Notes: generated from the sequence alone by a model not told the origin. DNA of 64,000 nucleotides from an uncultured Bacteroidales bacterium (GCA_903946925.1 CAJAXK010000213.1:4444-68443), one strand, 5' to 3'; positions 8,147 through 17,957 are shown, counted from the first letter of the stretch. Program-made: numbers and translations.

Positions 8147-10081
8147 CTATATGGTTATTAATAAGTTTACCGAAAAAGATATTCCCGGTTCAGGATAATT
8201 CTGCACGGATTGATACGTTTTATTCATAAGGTTCCTGATTTCCGCTTGAAGCCTGAAGCCGGAGTTGGAAAATTTGAAATCAGTCCCGATATAAAAATCC
8301 AAAAGGGAATATGAGTTAAGTGCCTTTGAATTATCGCTCTGTATGTATCTTTTCCCTGTTAAAGAGTACGAAAACATCACATAATGGTTCCCTTTACTTA
8401 CATAAAAAGTTTCGGCTATTTTATGTATAGGTATATAAATCAATTGATTATTGATTATGCTTTGCTCGGTTTCTTTTGTTTCGCGGTATGTTGAAGGGGT
8501 ATAATTATATCCTAACCTAAAATAACCGTTAAAACCAGATATCTTAAAATCGGTTTTTGATGCAACTTCAACGCCACGGCTCCAAACTTTAAGTACATTT
8601 TGTGGCGACCATATACTCGTATTTCCAGGCACCCACTGTATCATATTGTTAATGAACATACTATAAATATTTATTGATATTTTTGATTGATAATATTCGG
8701 TTTGCTTTAATTGAAATGCTGAGCCGGCTTCCAGGTTCCAACTTTCTTCAGGTTTCAGGTCTGGATTTCCCCCAGGAAGCCAATAGCGGTCATTCATGGT
8801 CGGAGTCCTGAAATTTCGTGATATGGCTAAGCTTGCAGAAATATTTTTTGAAACCGGAACTTCGGCACTAAGAGATGGACAAAATGGTATTTTGAATCCC
8901 TTTGAAAAATCTTGCCTCAAATTCAAAACACTTTTTACTCCATTTTTTAACTGATGATAAGCCAATCCAAGCCAGATTGCCCCCTCAGGTTGGTATTCAA
9001 TATCTTCATAATAAGGCACATCAGCCCTTATAACGTGAGTGGTAGTACCAAAGCCTATGGTGAATTGTTTTCCCAGTATCCGCTTGTATTCAAAATCGGA
9101 TTGTAGTGTGTTCAAATGATAAAAAGCATCAATTAAAGCAGACTGGCTTTGATAGAGTTCTTTTTCGTCAATATATGCTGTTCGTATATTAAAGGATTGG
9201 CGCTTTTCAATATATTGCCATTGAAGGCTGCTCCTTATAGCCCGATCCCACTGCGTTTGGTCGCTCGTAGCCATGGTCATGGTAGGAGGAATTTGTCTGT
9301 CGGTTAGCTGATACCAAAACCCTGCTGAAAGTTTCTGTTTTGTATTTAGTTTATATTCAGCCTGATGTATGCTTGAAACCGATTTAGATAATGCGTGATC
9401 AAGGTGTTTTGTTTTGCCGTTGAAATCGGTATATTTGAAATCATTTGGATTCCAATCGCCTGACAATGAGCCAATATAGGCAATTTTACTGCCTCCAGCA
9501 CCCATTTTTATTGCAGCTCCAAATTTACCGGCTGTTGAGCCTGATATGAATACCGATGTTTTAATTGGCGATGAATAATCCATTGTATTTGACAAGTGCA
9601 GGCTGCCACCCAAAGCACCAGTTCCTAACAAGGCACTTGCGCCACCAGCCTGAAGGGAAATATCACTAAACTCAAAAGTAGATATGCGCGAAAGATCAGC
9701 CATTCCCATATTGGGCTGGCTAAGGTTTATCCCATTCCAAAAAACACCTGATTGCGTTGAATTAGTTCCACGCATGCTTAAGGTTGAAATGCCACCGGAA
9801 CTGTAAGAACGGATGAATACCGGCGATTGTTCTGAAAGCAAAGTGGCTACGCTGATTCCTTTACGGACATATAATGTAGTGCTATCAATTTTTTCTATTT
9901 TTAGCCCGGCCGAAAATATCGAAATCTTGTCGGCTTTAATTTCAACACCCGGAATTGACAAAACCGTATCGTTCAACTGTGCCGAAACATTCAGCAACGA
10001 AAATATACAGATGGTTAAGAAGGGTACCCTAATGGACATTTTTAAGAAAATAAGGGTACAAACAAGACAAAATCCAACCAT
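8147..10081 (-). CDS. btuB: TonB-dependent receptor, BtuB-like (cobalamin/corrinoid)
   Basis: Signal peptide (likely start at the Met of MSIRVPFLTICIFSLLNVSAQ, near 10039), plug-like N-terminus with DTVLSIPGVEI, and about 600 aa of barrel-type sequence. A cobalamin riboswitch lies directly upstream. Confidence 0.8.
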   Translation of the reverse strand: MVGFCLVCTLIFLKMSIRVPFLTICIFSLLNVSAQLNDTVLSIPGVEIKADKISIFSAGLKIEKIDSTTLYVRKGISVATLLSEQSPVFIRSYSSGGISTLSMRGTNSTQSGVFWNGINLSQPNMGMADLSRISTFEFSDISLQAGGASALLGTGALGGSLHLSNTMDYSSPIKTSVFISGSTAGKFGAAIKMGAGGSKIAYIGSLSGDWNPNDFKYTDFNGKTKHLDHALSKSVSSIHQAEYKLNTKQKLSAGFWYQLTDRQIPPTMTMATSDQTQWDRAIRSSLQWQYIEKRQSFNIRTAYIDEKELYQSQSALIDAFYHLNTLQSDFEYKRILGKQFTIGFGTTTHVIRADVPYYEDIEYQPEGAIWLGLAYHQLKNGVKSVLNLRQDFSKGFKIPFCPSLSAEVPVSKNISASLAISRNFRTPTMNDRYWLPGGNPDLKPEESWNLEAGSAFQLKQTEYYQSKISINIYSMFINNMIQWVPGNTSIWSPQNVLKVWSRGVEVASKTDFKISGFNGYFRLGYNYTPSTYRETKETEQSIINNQLIYIPIHKIAETFYVSKGNHYVMFSYSLTGKRYIQSDNSKALNSYSLLDFYIGTDFKFSNSGFRLQAEIRNLMNKTYQSVQNYPEPGISFSVNLLITI

Positions 10082-10124
10082 GAATCGGAACCGCCGCTGC
10101 TTTTAACCCGAAAGCATTGAACAT

Positions 10125-10310
10125 AAAATCATCGGCAGGTCTTCTGACTTACTCCCCCTTTCCGGCGCCTTCCCATGATGTACAAACATCGCAGTGGCAT
10201 AAGGATTGCCGGTGGGCTAATTTGGAGTTTACAGCAGCGGGACTGTCCAGGATTTGCACCCGGTTCCCTTTTCAGGCATACCCATTGCAAATGGGATGCA
10301 CACCGTTGAA
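10125..10310 (-). promoter_or_regulatory. cobalamin (B12) riboswitch
   Basis: Minus strand reads ...GAAAAGGGAACCGGGTGCAAATCCTGGACAGTCCCGCTGCTGTAA...ATGCCACTG...GGGAAGGC...AGTCAGAAGACCTGCCG. These are the conserved core and the B12 box of the cobalamin riboswitch family. Confidence 0.85.
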
Positions 10311-10314
10311 GCGG

Positions 10315-10322
10315 CAAAGATA
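10315..10322 (-). promoter_or_regulatory. Bacteroidota -7 promoter box (TAtcTTTG) for the riboswitch-btuB transcript
   Basis: Minus strand tatctttg lies immediately 5' of the riboswitch core. Confidence 0.5.
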
Positions 10323-10385
10323 AATTAATAAATGGGTAATTTACAAAAAAAAGATTTTAGCTTTTTTGTTCAAACAGTGGATAAA

Positions 10386-10898
10386 CTAAGGCAAATCTGG
10401 CTCATCAGTTGTAATAAAGTGTTCTATTCCAGGATAATAAAGCTTCTTGCTGGCAATATTTTGAGGATAGGTAAAATAATGCATCAACGATTCGGCTCCC
10501 AGTGTACCATCGTTCATAAAAAGTTCGACATGGATAACGGCAATGTTTTTCCTCATTTCCAACAAATTGGCTCTCAAGCGAAAAGGTGCTTTCTCCATCA
10601 ATACAGGTTTAAGGAGTTTCACTTCCATTTGCGAGGTAACCCCGGCTGTTTTTAATTTTACGAAAACATACCAACTTGCAATTTCATCCATTAAAGTGGC
10701 TTGAATCCCGCCATGTAAAACGCCAACCCAACCTTGCAAATGATTTTCAGGCTGCCAATCGCAAAGCACTTCATCGCCTTCGACCCTGAAATTCATCCGA
10801 AGACCTAAACTGTTTGTTGGTGAGCATCCAAAACAATTGTAACCCTCAAGTTTGTGAAATGGGTTCTTAATTTCTATTGGTTTTAATGAATTTTTCAT
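10386..10898 (-). CDS. PaaI-family hotdog-fold thioesterase
   Basis: 170 aa. N-terminal CFGCSP segment, then a LHGG-type hotdog motif (GVLHGGIQATLMDE). Confidence 0.7.
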   Translation of the reverse strand: MKNSLKPIEIKNPFHKLEGYNCFGCSPTNSLGLRMNFRVEGDEVLCDWQPENHLQGWVGVLHGGIQATLMDEIASWYVFVKLKTAGVTSQMEVKLLKPVLMEKAPFRLRANLLEMRKNIAVIHVELFMNDGTLGAESLMHYFTYPQNIASKKLYYPGIEHFITTDEPDLP

Positions 10899-10932
10899 TT
10901 TTTCGCCTTCGATAAATTGGGGATATTTTACA

Positions 10933-10962
10933 AATAAAAAATGCCTGAAAAAGCTCAGGCAC
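10933..10962 (-). terminator. rho-independent terminator
   Basis: Hairpin tgcctga/aaaagc/tcaggca followed on the minus strand by a U-run, about 30 nt after the stop of the MORN gene. Confidence 0.6.
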
Positions 10963-10989
10963 TTTCTATTATTGAGTTGGTGATTTCGC

Positions 10990-11814
10990 TTATTTAACCT
11001 GACCTTTCATGTACTTGGTAGTTTTCGTAACTTTTCCGGCAGCATCATATTCCAACCATTTGCCTTCCTTCTCCCCGTTAACATAAGAGCCTTCCTCCAT
11101 TAACAGGCCTTCTTCGTTGTAACTTTTCCACACCCCGCTCAAAACGCCTTTCACATAAGTTCCCTCTGATTTGAGCTTTCCGTTTTCGTAATACTCTTTT
11201 GTGAACCCATTTTCGATATTTTGGCTAAACTCCTGTTCGCTCATGATTTTTTTTCCTGCATAAAAAGTTTTTTGAACACCCTGTAACATATTGTTTACAT
11301 AATTGTACTCTGCAACCGGGTCGCCATTTATTGAGTAGAAATTAGAAACACCATTTTTCATATCATCCTTGTATTCAGATTCTTCAGTTAATTTACCTGC
11401 CGAATTTTCGTAATAAATCTTTTTCTTCCCGTTAATTTTTCCATGCAGGTAATCAATGGACGAGGCTAAGTTGGTACCATAAAAAAACTTTTTCGCTGTG
11501 CCTTCAAGTAAGTTGTTTACGTAATAGGATTCGCTTACAAGATATCCTCGTTGATCAATATCAACGGCAATCCCATCGCGCATTCCAAGTTTAAAATGTT
11601 CAATCCGGGTGAGTTTACCATCGGTAGCGTAGCTAGTCCAACAACCATCTTTTTGATCATTGGAATAGTTGCCTTTGGTTGTTCCTGTTGAAGTTTTTTC
11701 TTCCCAGGCACCTTGTTTTAATCCGTTCGACCCCATTTGATTGAAACTGTTTTGAGCCATAACAAACGAAATGGAAACCAGTAACAACAGGCTGGTATTA
11801 AGTAACTTTTTCAT
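10990..11814 (-). CDS. MORN-variant repeat (YwqK-like) secreted protein
   Basis: Signal peptide plus about 9 repeats of the G.W..Y...G pattern (GAWEEK, GCWTSY, GVWKSYNEEG, GKWLEYDAAG). Confidence 0.75.
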   Translation of the reverse strand: MKKLLNTSLLLLVSISFVMAQNSFNQMGSNGLKQGAWEEKTSTGTTKGNYSNDQKDGCWTSYATDGKLTRIEHFKLGMRDGIAVDIDQRGYLVSESYYVNNLLEGTAKKFFYGTNLASSIDYLHGKINGKKKIYYENSAGKLTEESEYKDDMKNGVSNFYSINGDPVAEYNYVNNMLQGVQKTFYAGKKIMSEQEFSQNIENGFTKEYYENGKLKSEGTYVKGVLSGVWKSYNEEGLLMEEGSYVNGEKEGKWLEYDAAGKVTKTTKYMKGQVK

Positions 11815-12088
11815 TATATTAATTGGTTAGGTTTTATTTATGTAATTGATTTAAAGATTTTTAAAACTAATTGATGTAACAAAAATAACTTGGGAACAAG
11901 TATTTTGTTTCTGTTTTTTAGTCTGTGCAAATTTACTTATTATTATATCATTGTCAAATTATAGATTTAACATTTTTTCGTTAGTCGATTTTTTTTTGTT
12001 CGTATAAATTTATCGTGGAACCGAAATGTTTTTTTGAGATATTGCACAAAGAGTAGTAGTTTTGTGGCAATAGAAAACAATCTATTGG

Positions 12089-12688
12089 TTGATTATGAAA
12101 CAAACCTCGCTTATCCTAATGTTTTGTGCAATTGCATTTTTTGCAAATGCACAGGATATAATCACCTTATTTTCAGGCGAAGAAATCAAGGCTCACATTG
12201 TTAGGGTTTATCCAAAAGAAGTATCGTTCACTTTGGATTCAAAAACTGACACCTTAATCTTGCAACGTGTTGAAATAGAAAAATTAAAGTATAAAACTGG
12301 AATTGTAATTTATTTGAACCAGCCCCAAAAACCTGATTTTACCACTGAACCTTTTAGCGACAGTCTTTTCCGTTTGGGACAAAGGGATGCAAGTATTTAT
12401 TACAAAGGATATAGACCGGCTGCAACAGGAACTTTGATATCCAGCTTCTTTATCCCTTGGGGTTTGATTCCTGCAATTGCCTGTTCCCATACCCCACCAT
12501 CAATGCAAAACCTCGATTACCAAAATCAAACCCTAATCCAAAACCCCAGCTATTACAAAGGTTATAGTGAAAACGCTTACAAAATAAAGAAGAAAAAAGT
12601 TTGGACTGGTTTTGCAATTGGTACGGGCATAACCCTTGGTATTTATATAATTTCTTTTGCCGCGGCAACTGCGGTTTATGCGTTGTAG
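12089..12688 (+). CDS. hypothetical membrane-anchored protein
   Basis: Signal peptide (likely ATG at 12095) and C-terminal TM segments. No named motif. Confidence 0.5.
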   Translation: MIMKQTSLILMFCAIAFFANAQDIITLFSGEEIKAHIVRVYPKEVSFTLDSKTDTLILQRVEIEKLKYKTGIVIYLNQPQKPDFTTEPFSDSLFRLGQRDASIYYKGYRPAATGTLISSFFIPWGLIPAIACSHTPPSMQNLDYQNQTLIQNPSYYKGYSENAYKIKKKKVWTGFAIGTGITLGIYIISFAAATAVYAL

Positions 12689-12872
12689 ATATGGACTAAA
12701 ATGTTTTAGTCCCCTATTAGGTTTTTTCAATTTTGCGCACACATCCTTTGCCTTGGATGTATCCATCATATCGAAGTTTCGTTGTTTAACAAAACATTTA
12801 TTTTGTTACTTTAGCACGAAATTGATTCAAAACAGGAAATAACACAAAACAATTACTTCAAAATACAGGTTT

Positions 12873-14228
12873 ATGAGCACCATATTGATAATTGACGATG
12901 ATTTAATGATTTTAATGATCCTGAAGCAAACCTTAACGAAGGCCGGATACGGTGTGCTTACAGCGAGCAGTGGCGAAGAAGGGATACTTTCCTTGGCTAA
13001 TTCAAACATTGATCTTGTTCTTACCGATTATATGATGCCTGGTATGACAGGGATAGAAGTGCTTAATACAATAAAGAAAAACAAGCCTTTGGTGCCCGTA
13101 ATTATGTTAACTGCGCATGGCGATGTGCCCCTTACCATAAAAGCCATACAATTGGGGGCTTCCGATTTTATCGAAAAACCAATACAATCAAAAGAATTGG
13201 TTGAAGTGATAAAGCGTACCTTGGATATACAAGAACAGGCCCTGAGTGTTTCAAAACCCTTTTCAAAGGATTCGCGTAAAGTTATTGAAGAAAACCCATT
13301 GATTGGGAAAGTAGCCGCTATGCGCGAAATTTTTAAAAATATAGGGCGTATTTCGCTTAACAGGATTAGTGTGTTGATTAATGGCGAAACCGGAACAGGT
13401 AAAGAGCTTATTGCTAAACTAATACATCACAGTGGGGTAACCCGTGAATTTCCTTTTATCATTATAAACTGCTCGTCAATTAACGACGATGCCTTGTCGA
13501 AAGAAATGTTCGGGTACGAGAAAGGAGCTTTTGCGGGAGCTAACGAGAATAAAAAAGGTAAATTTGAACTTGCCGGCGAAGGCACTATTTTATTGGATGA
13601 AATATCCAACCTTTCCGACAATTTGCAAATCAAACTCTTCAGGGTTTTGCAGGATATGGAGTTTGAAAAACCTGGAATGGCTGAACCCATGCCTTTAAAA
13701 GCCCGCATTATTGCCTCGTCGAACAAAAACCTTGAGCAGCTTATTGTCGAAGGCCGTTTTCGGGAAGAATTGTATTACAGGCTTAAAGTTTTTACAATCG
13801 ATCTCCCTCCTTTGCGCAAACGTAAAGACGATATTGACGAACTTACCCAGTTTTTTATTCAAAAGTATAACCGGAAGTTTAAAAAAGAAGTAAATCAGGT
13901 TGGGGAGGGCTTTTTTGAAAAAATCAAGAACTACGATTGGCCAGGCAATATACGCGAATTGGAAAATTCAATCCTTCAGGCTATGATTGTTTGCAAAGGC
14001 AACGTTCTCGAAAAAGCCGATATTAACTTGGCAAAAAACGAAAGCATAGAAGCAACCATTTCAATACCAGTATTGGCCACTCTTGCTGAAATAGAGAAGG
14101 TCCACATTAAACAGGTTCTCGACACCTTGAACTGGAATAAAGTTGAAACGTCAAAAGCCCTCGATATCTCAAGGCCAACTTTAAATGCAAAAATTGAAAA
14201 ATACGAATTGAAACCAAACGAAAAATAG
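12873..14228 (+). CDS. sigma54-dependent response regulator (NtrC family: REC + AAA+ + Fis-HTH)
   Basis: REC domain (DDD...D52..K). Walker A GETGTGKE. Sigma54-contact loop present as GAFAGA. C-terminal HTH NWNKVETSKALDISRPTLNAKI. Confidence 0.9.
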   Translation: MSTILIIDDDLMILMILKQTLTKAGYGVLTASSGEEGILSLANSNIDLVLTDYMMPGMTGIEVLNTIKKNKPLVPVIMLTAHGDVPLTIKAIQLGASDFIEKPIQSKELVEVIKRTLDIQEQALSVSKPFSKDSRKVIEENPLIGKVAAMREIFKNIGRISLNRISVLINGETGTGKELIAKLIHHSGVTREFPFIIINCSSINDDALSKEMFGYEKGAFAGANENKKGKFELAGEGTILLDEISNLSDNLQIKLFRVLQDMEFEKPGMAEPMPLKARIIASSNKNLEQLIVEGRFREELYYRLKVFTIDLPPLRKRKDDIDELTQFFIQKYNRKFKKEVNQVGEGFFEKIKNYDWPGNIRELENSILQAMIVCKGNVLEKADINLAKNESIEATISIPVLATLAEIEKVHIKQVLDTLNWNKVETSKALDISRPTLNAKIEKYELKPNEK

Positions 14229-14290
14229 ACGGTTTAAAACAGATAAAGCAATAGATGTTAAACAATTGTAAATATTCGCGGGTTTACCTT

Positions 14291-14411
14291 TTAGGTGTTA
14301 GGATTTGGGGGTTAGGTGTTAGGGTTCATCATCTTAGGTGATATTGTGGATTAAAATCAAGCATTATTTGAACAGCAGAACCCTAAAAGCCTACAGCCTA
14401 ATAGCCTAAAT
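14291..14411. repeat. inverted pair of TTAGG-type low-complexity tracts
   Basis: ttaggtgttaggatttgggggttaggtgttaggg (14291-14325) faces aaccctaaaagcctacagcctaatagcctaa (14379-14411), in a convergent intergenic region. Confidence 0.7.
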
Positions 14412-14486
14412 CAATTAAAGTGGTATGTTATTCGTTTTTAATGTTTTGTGTGAAATATCACTATCAATTTATTTGATATTTGGCAC

Positions 14487-14520
14487 AAAAAAAGACCGTA
14501 AAATTACGGTCTTTTTTTTG
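14487..14520. terminator. bidirectional rho-independent terminator
   Basis: agaccgta/aaat/tacggtct hairpin flanked by an A-run and a T-run. It lies 15 nt after the stop of the DUF1573 gene. Confidence 0.8.
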
Positions 14521-14534
14521 AGTGTAACCAGTAG

Positions 14535-15002
14535 CTATTTTGCAACCGGTGCAGAACTTTGGTTAACATTATTTTGTGGCATTTGTGCACCATTGGTGGC
14601 TTCAACCACGTTTCCAACAATTTTTAACTGTATAGAAGGCACTTTTGCATTCGACATAACGGTAATAGTTTTGTTAATAGGGCCTACACGATTGGTATCG
14701 TATTTTACTTTTACCGAAGCTGACTTTCCTTTAAGGATAGGTTCGCGTGGCCATTCAGGAACCGTACAACCGCAAGAGGACGAAACATTAGATAAAATGA
14801 GTGGCTCAACACCGTTGTTCTTGAATTTGAATTCGCAGGTCCCATCTCCGCCTTTGGTAACGGTTCCGTAATCATGGGTTGTCTTTTCAAAGGTAATAAC
14901 CGGAGCATTTGGGTTTTCAACTGCTTTAGGGGTAGCATCTTGAGCCATTGCAGCAAAGCCCATCATAATTGAAACGCCTAATGTAACGAGTACTTTTTTC
15001 AT
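14535..15002 (-). CDS. DUF1573 domain protein (secreted)
   Basis: Signal peptide, then FKFKNNGVEPLILSNVSSSCGCTVPEWP...ASVKVKY, the DUF1573 signature. Confidence 0.85.
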   Translation of the reverse strand: MKKVLVTLGVSIMMGFAAMAQDATPKAVENPNAPVITFEKTTHDYGTVTKGGDGTCEFKFKNNGVEPLILSNVSSSCGCTVPEWPREPILKGKSASVKVKYDTNRVGPINKTITVMSNAKVPSIQLKIVGNVVEATNGAQMPQNNVNQSSAPVAK

Positions 15003-15189
15003 AATTGTATTTTATTGGTTTAAGTTAAATTTATTGGTTTCGGTCTGTGGAAAATCTCCTACAAAGCTAGCAGGAAATCAATTTTTATGCCAACATTCAG
15101 ATAGCGACAACAAAATTATTGAAATTTCTATTCATCTTTGATGTAATTCAAGTTAAAACTATAAATTTGTCTAAATTTAACAAATCATT

Positions 15190-15699
15190 ATGAAAAAGCT
15201 TTTTTTTCTTTCTTCCTTAATCCTTCTCTGTTCAATACTAATTTCGTGTATGTCTGCCAAAAAAACTGAAACTGCCAACAACAACGCTAAGTCAAGTATT
15301 CCAGGACCTAAAGCTATAATTTATCAAACCAAAAATGATTATTCAAAATTAGTCCCGGTGATGCTGGGCGAGGATAAGAAATCAATTGAATCATATCCTG
15401 ATATAAAGGATGTGTTTTATGATGGCAAACTTGCTTACCCAATCGAGTTGAAAAATGGTTATTATCTTGATAACCGCGGAATCGGGAAGAATGTCGCATT
15501 TCTTTCCCTTACCTACGATGAGTATTCGAAATTGCCAAAAACACCTAATACCGATGAACTTTGGCCACTTATTGTTGATAAAGACCCAATAAAAACAATG
15601 TATAATTGTGGTTTGCGATCATCATTTGGCGATATTGCAGATGAATTGAATTTAAAAATTATTTCTGGCGATTTTTCAACGTTTTCAAAAATTAAGTAG
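15190..15699 (+). CDS. hypothetical lipoprotein
   Basis: MKKLFFLSSLILLCSILISC lipobox-type signal. Confidence 0.55.
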   Translation: MKKLFFLSSLILLCSILISCMSAKKTETANNNAKSSIPGPKAIIYQTKNDYSKLVPVMLGEDKKSIESYPDIKDVFYDGKLAYPIELKNGYYLDNRGIGKNVAFLSLTYDEYSKLPKTPNTDELWPLIVDKDPIKTMYNCGLRSSFGDIADELNLKIISGDFSTFSKIK

Positions 15700-15907
15700 T
15701 ATTAATGTATTGTGCTGTTTATGTGCATTTTAGCAAACAATATTTTTAAAAAATATAGGTAGCTGTTGATAACTTTTTAACAAATTTTATGAATAGTACA
15801 CATATAGATATGCTGACATATTTATTTTTAATCTATTTTTGTTTTCGAAGAGTTTCTCCTAATTTAGATTTTTCGGTTTAAACTAATTTAAACTAATCCC
15901 CATTTCT

Positions 15908-17719
15908 TTGGAAAATTCAATCCCACTTGTTAAATTCCTTGATGGTAGAAGTTTCTACTATTCTTTCTTGGCCGGAGCTCAGCGCATTTTCGAGAATCAG
16001 GGCTTACTCAATAAAATAAATGTTTTTCCTGTTGCCGATGCCGATACCGGTACAAATTTGGCCAGTACAATGCGCTCCATTGTTGACAGCCCAATTCCGA
16101 CCAATACTGTAAAAATGGCAGCTGCCGCGCTTGCCGATGCAGCTTTGGTTGGCGCACGTGGCAATTCGGGGATTATTTTCGCACAATTCCTTTACGGTTT
16201 CAGCAACGAAATTGAGAACGAGAACAATTTAACTGTTGAGAATTTTTCGCGCTCCATCACCAAAGCGGTAACGTATGCTTACGAAGCTATTGCCAACCCA
16301 GTGGAAGGCACCATGATTTCGGTAATCCGCGAATGGGCAGAGTTTATCAATACCATGAAAGAATTGATTGACGATTTTGTGGAATTATTGATAAAAGCGC
16401 TTCAAGTAGCCAAGGAATCGTTAGCAGATACAACAAGGCAAATGGCTGTATTGGCAAAAGCAAATGTAGTTGATGCCGGTGCTAAAGGCTTTGTCCTGTT
16501 CCTCGAAGGGATGATTGATTTTTTCAAAAACCGGCAATCCATACGGAGGCTGGCAATCCCAATGAATGAAATGGTTTTGGAGGAAGTGCAAACCTTTTCG
16601 CACGAAGAAATCACCCAAAGGTATTGCTGCGAAGCCATGCTTGCCCTTGATTTGCACCCGGGAGAAACCAAAAATACTTTGCGCGATGCAATTGCAGGCA
16701 TGGGCGATTCGATGGTTGTTGCCGGCTCCGAAAAACGGCTTCGTATCCACATCCATTCCGATACGCCAATCAAACTATTTGAAGCAATAAGTAAAAGGTC
16801 ATCAATTACTTACCAAAAAGTAGATGATATGGTTATGCAGAAGGAAATGTCGCACAACCGTAAATGGCCTATAGCTTTGGTTACCGATTCCACTTGCGAT
16901 TTGCCGCAGGAAATCCTGGAAAAATACCAAATTACCATGGTCCCCCTTACTTTGCAGGTTGGTGCATCATTGTATTTAGATAGAACCACAATTGCTAGTG
17001 AACAGTTTTACAATCTGCTCGAATCGTCACCTGTATATCCTTCAACATCGCAACCTGCCTACAAAGATTTTATAAACAAGTATTCCTACCTTAGTTCGCA
17101 TTATGAGTCAGCTATCGGTATTCATTTAAGCAAGCAATTCAGCGGAACGTATTCCAATAGCCAACGTGCTGCCAAAGCAGTAAGCGAGCAAAGCGGAAAA
17201 AAGATTGATGTTTTTAGTTCCAACCGTGTTTCCAGTGCTTTAGGCCTTACAGTTTTACGTGCAGCCGAAGCCATTGAACAAGGAAAATCGCATGATGAAA
17301 TTTCAGCCTCCATTGATTCATGGATAAACAAAAACCACATATTAGTAAGTGCAAAAACGGTTAAATACCTTGTCAAAAGTGGCAGGTTAAGCCATTCGAA
17401 AGGCGTGGCGGGTAAGTTACTGGGGGTTAGGCCAATAATTTCGGTTGACAATGAGGGCAAGGCTTTCACTTATGGCAAAGCCTATTCGGAAAAAGGAAGC
17501 ATGGAGTTTTTAATTAAAGAAGCTTCACGATTGGTTGCTCAGGGTAAAATTTGGGGATATGCCATTTCGCACATCAACAATATGGAAACTGCCCAATGGT
17601 ATGCTGCTAAAATGGAAACACTTACAACCAAAAAGCCTTTGTTTATCAATGATTGCAGCCCTGTGCTTGGGGTTCATGGCGGACCAGGGACTGTTGTACT
17701 TTCAATCATGCAAGAATAA
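15908..17719 (+). CDS. DAK2-domain / DegV-family fusion protein
   Basis: TTG start. N-terminal Dak2-like NVFPVADADTGTNL. C-terminal DegV-like IALVTDSTCDLP... Confidence 0.85.
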   Translation: MENSIPLVKFLDGRSFYYSFLAGAQRIFENQGLLNKINVFPVADADTGTNLASTMRSIVDSPIPTNTVKMAAAALADAALVGARGNSGIIFAQFLYGFSNEIENENNLTVENFSRSITKAVTYAYEAIANPVEGTMISVIREWAEFINTMKELIDDFVELLIKALQVAKESLADTTRQMAVLAKANVVDAGAKGFVLFLEGMIDFFKNRQSIRRLAIPMNEMVLEEVQTFSHEEITQRYCCEAMLALDLHPGETKNTLRDAIAGMGDSMVVAGSEKRLRIHIHSDTPIKLFEAISKRSSITYQKVDDMVMQKEMSHNRKWPIALVTDSTCDLPQEILEKYQITMVPLTLQVGASLYLDRTTIASEQFYNLLESSPVYPSTSQPAYKDFINKYSYLSSHYESAIGIHLSKQFSGTYSNSQRAAKAVSEQSGKKIDVFSSNRVSSALGLTVLRAAEAIEQGKSHDEISASIDSWINKNHILVSAKTVKYLVKSGRLSHSKGVAGKLLGVRPIISVDNEGKAFTYGKAYSEKGSMEFLIKEASRLVAQGKIWGYAISHINNMETAQWYAAKMETLTTKKPLFINDCSPVLGVHGGPGTVVLSIMQE

Positions 17720-17749
17720 ACTGATCCAATCAAGATTGTATTTTTTTTT

Positions 17750-17782
17750 GACCCAATGTAATCCATTGGGTTTTTTTTTTCT
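17750..17782 (+). terminator. rho-independent terminator
   Basis: acccaatg/taatc/cattgggt hairpin followed by T10. Confidence 0.8.
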
Positions 17783-17957
17783 TGATAATTATTTCAAACC
17801 AAAATCGAAGAGCTAAAAGAAAATCGCTATTCCGCTTCCTCTTTTATAATGAAAATCCTTTTTAACATCTCCTTCCATTTTCGTACTTTCGCCCCAAAAT
17901 CAATGATGTAAAAATTCTATTGATTTCACCAATTCAACCAAAAAAACTTATATTTTT

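Noticed and set aside
10117-10323. Two overlapping 62-68-aa ORFs upstream of btuB
   Set aside because: They coincide with the cobalamin riboswitch. The conserved RNA motifs explain the sequence better than coding does.
14476-14492. TGGCAC hexamer as a sigma54 -24 element
   Set aside because: No TTGC-like -12 element follows at the correct spacing (the sequence continues aaaaaaaga). It would also fire antisense into the DUF1573 gene.
14425-14871. 148-aa plus-strand ORF
   Set aside because: It is antisense to the well-supported DUF1573 gene and crosses the bidirectional terminator. It is a shadow ORF.
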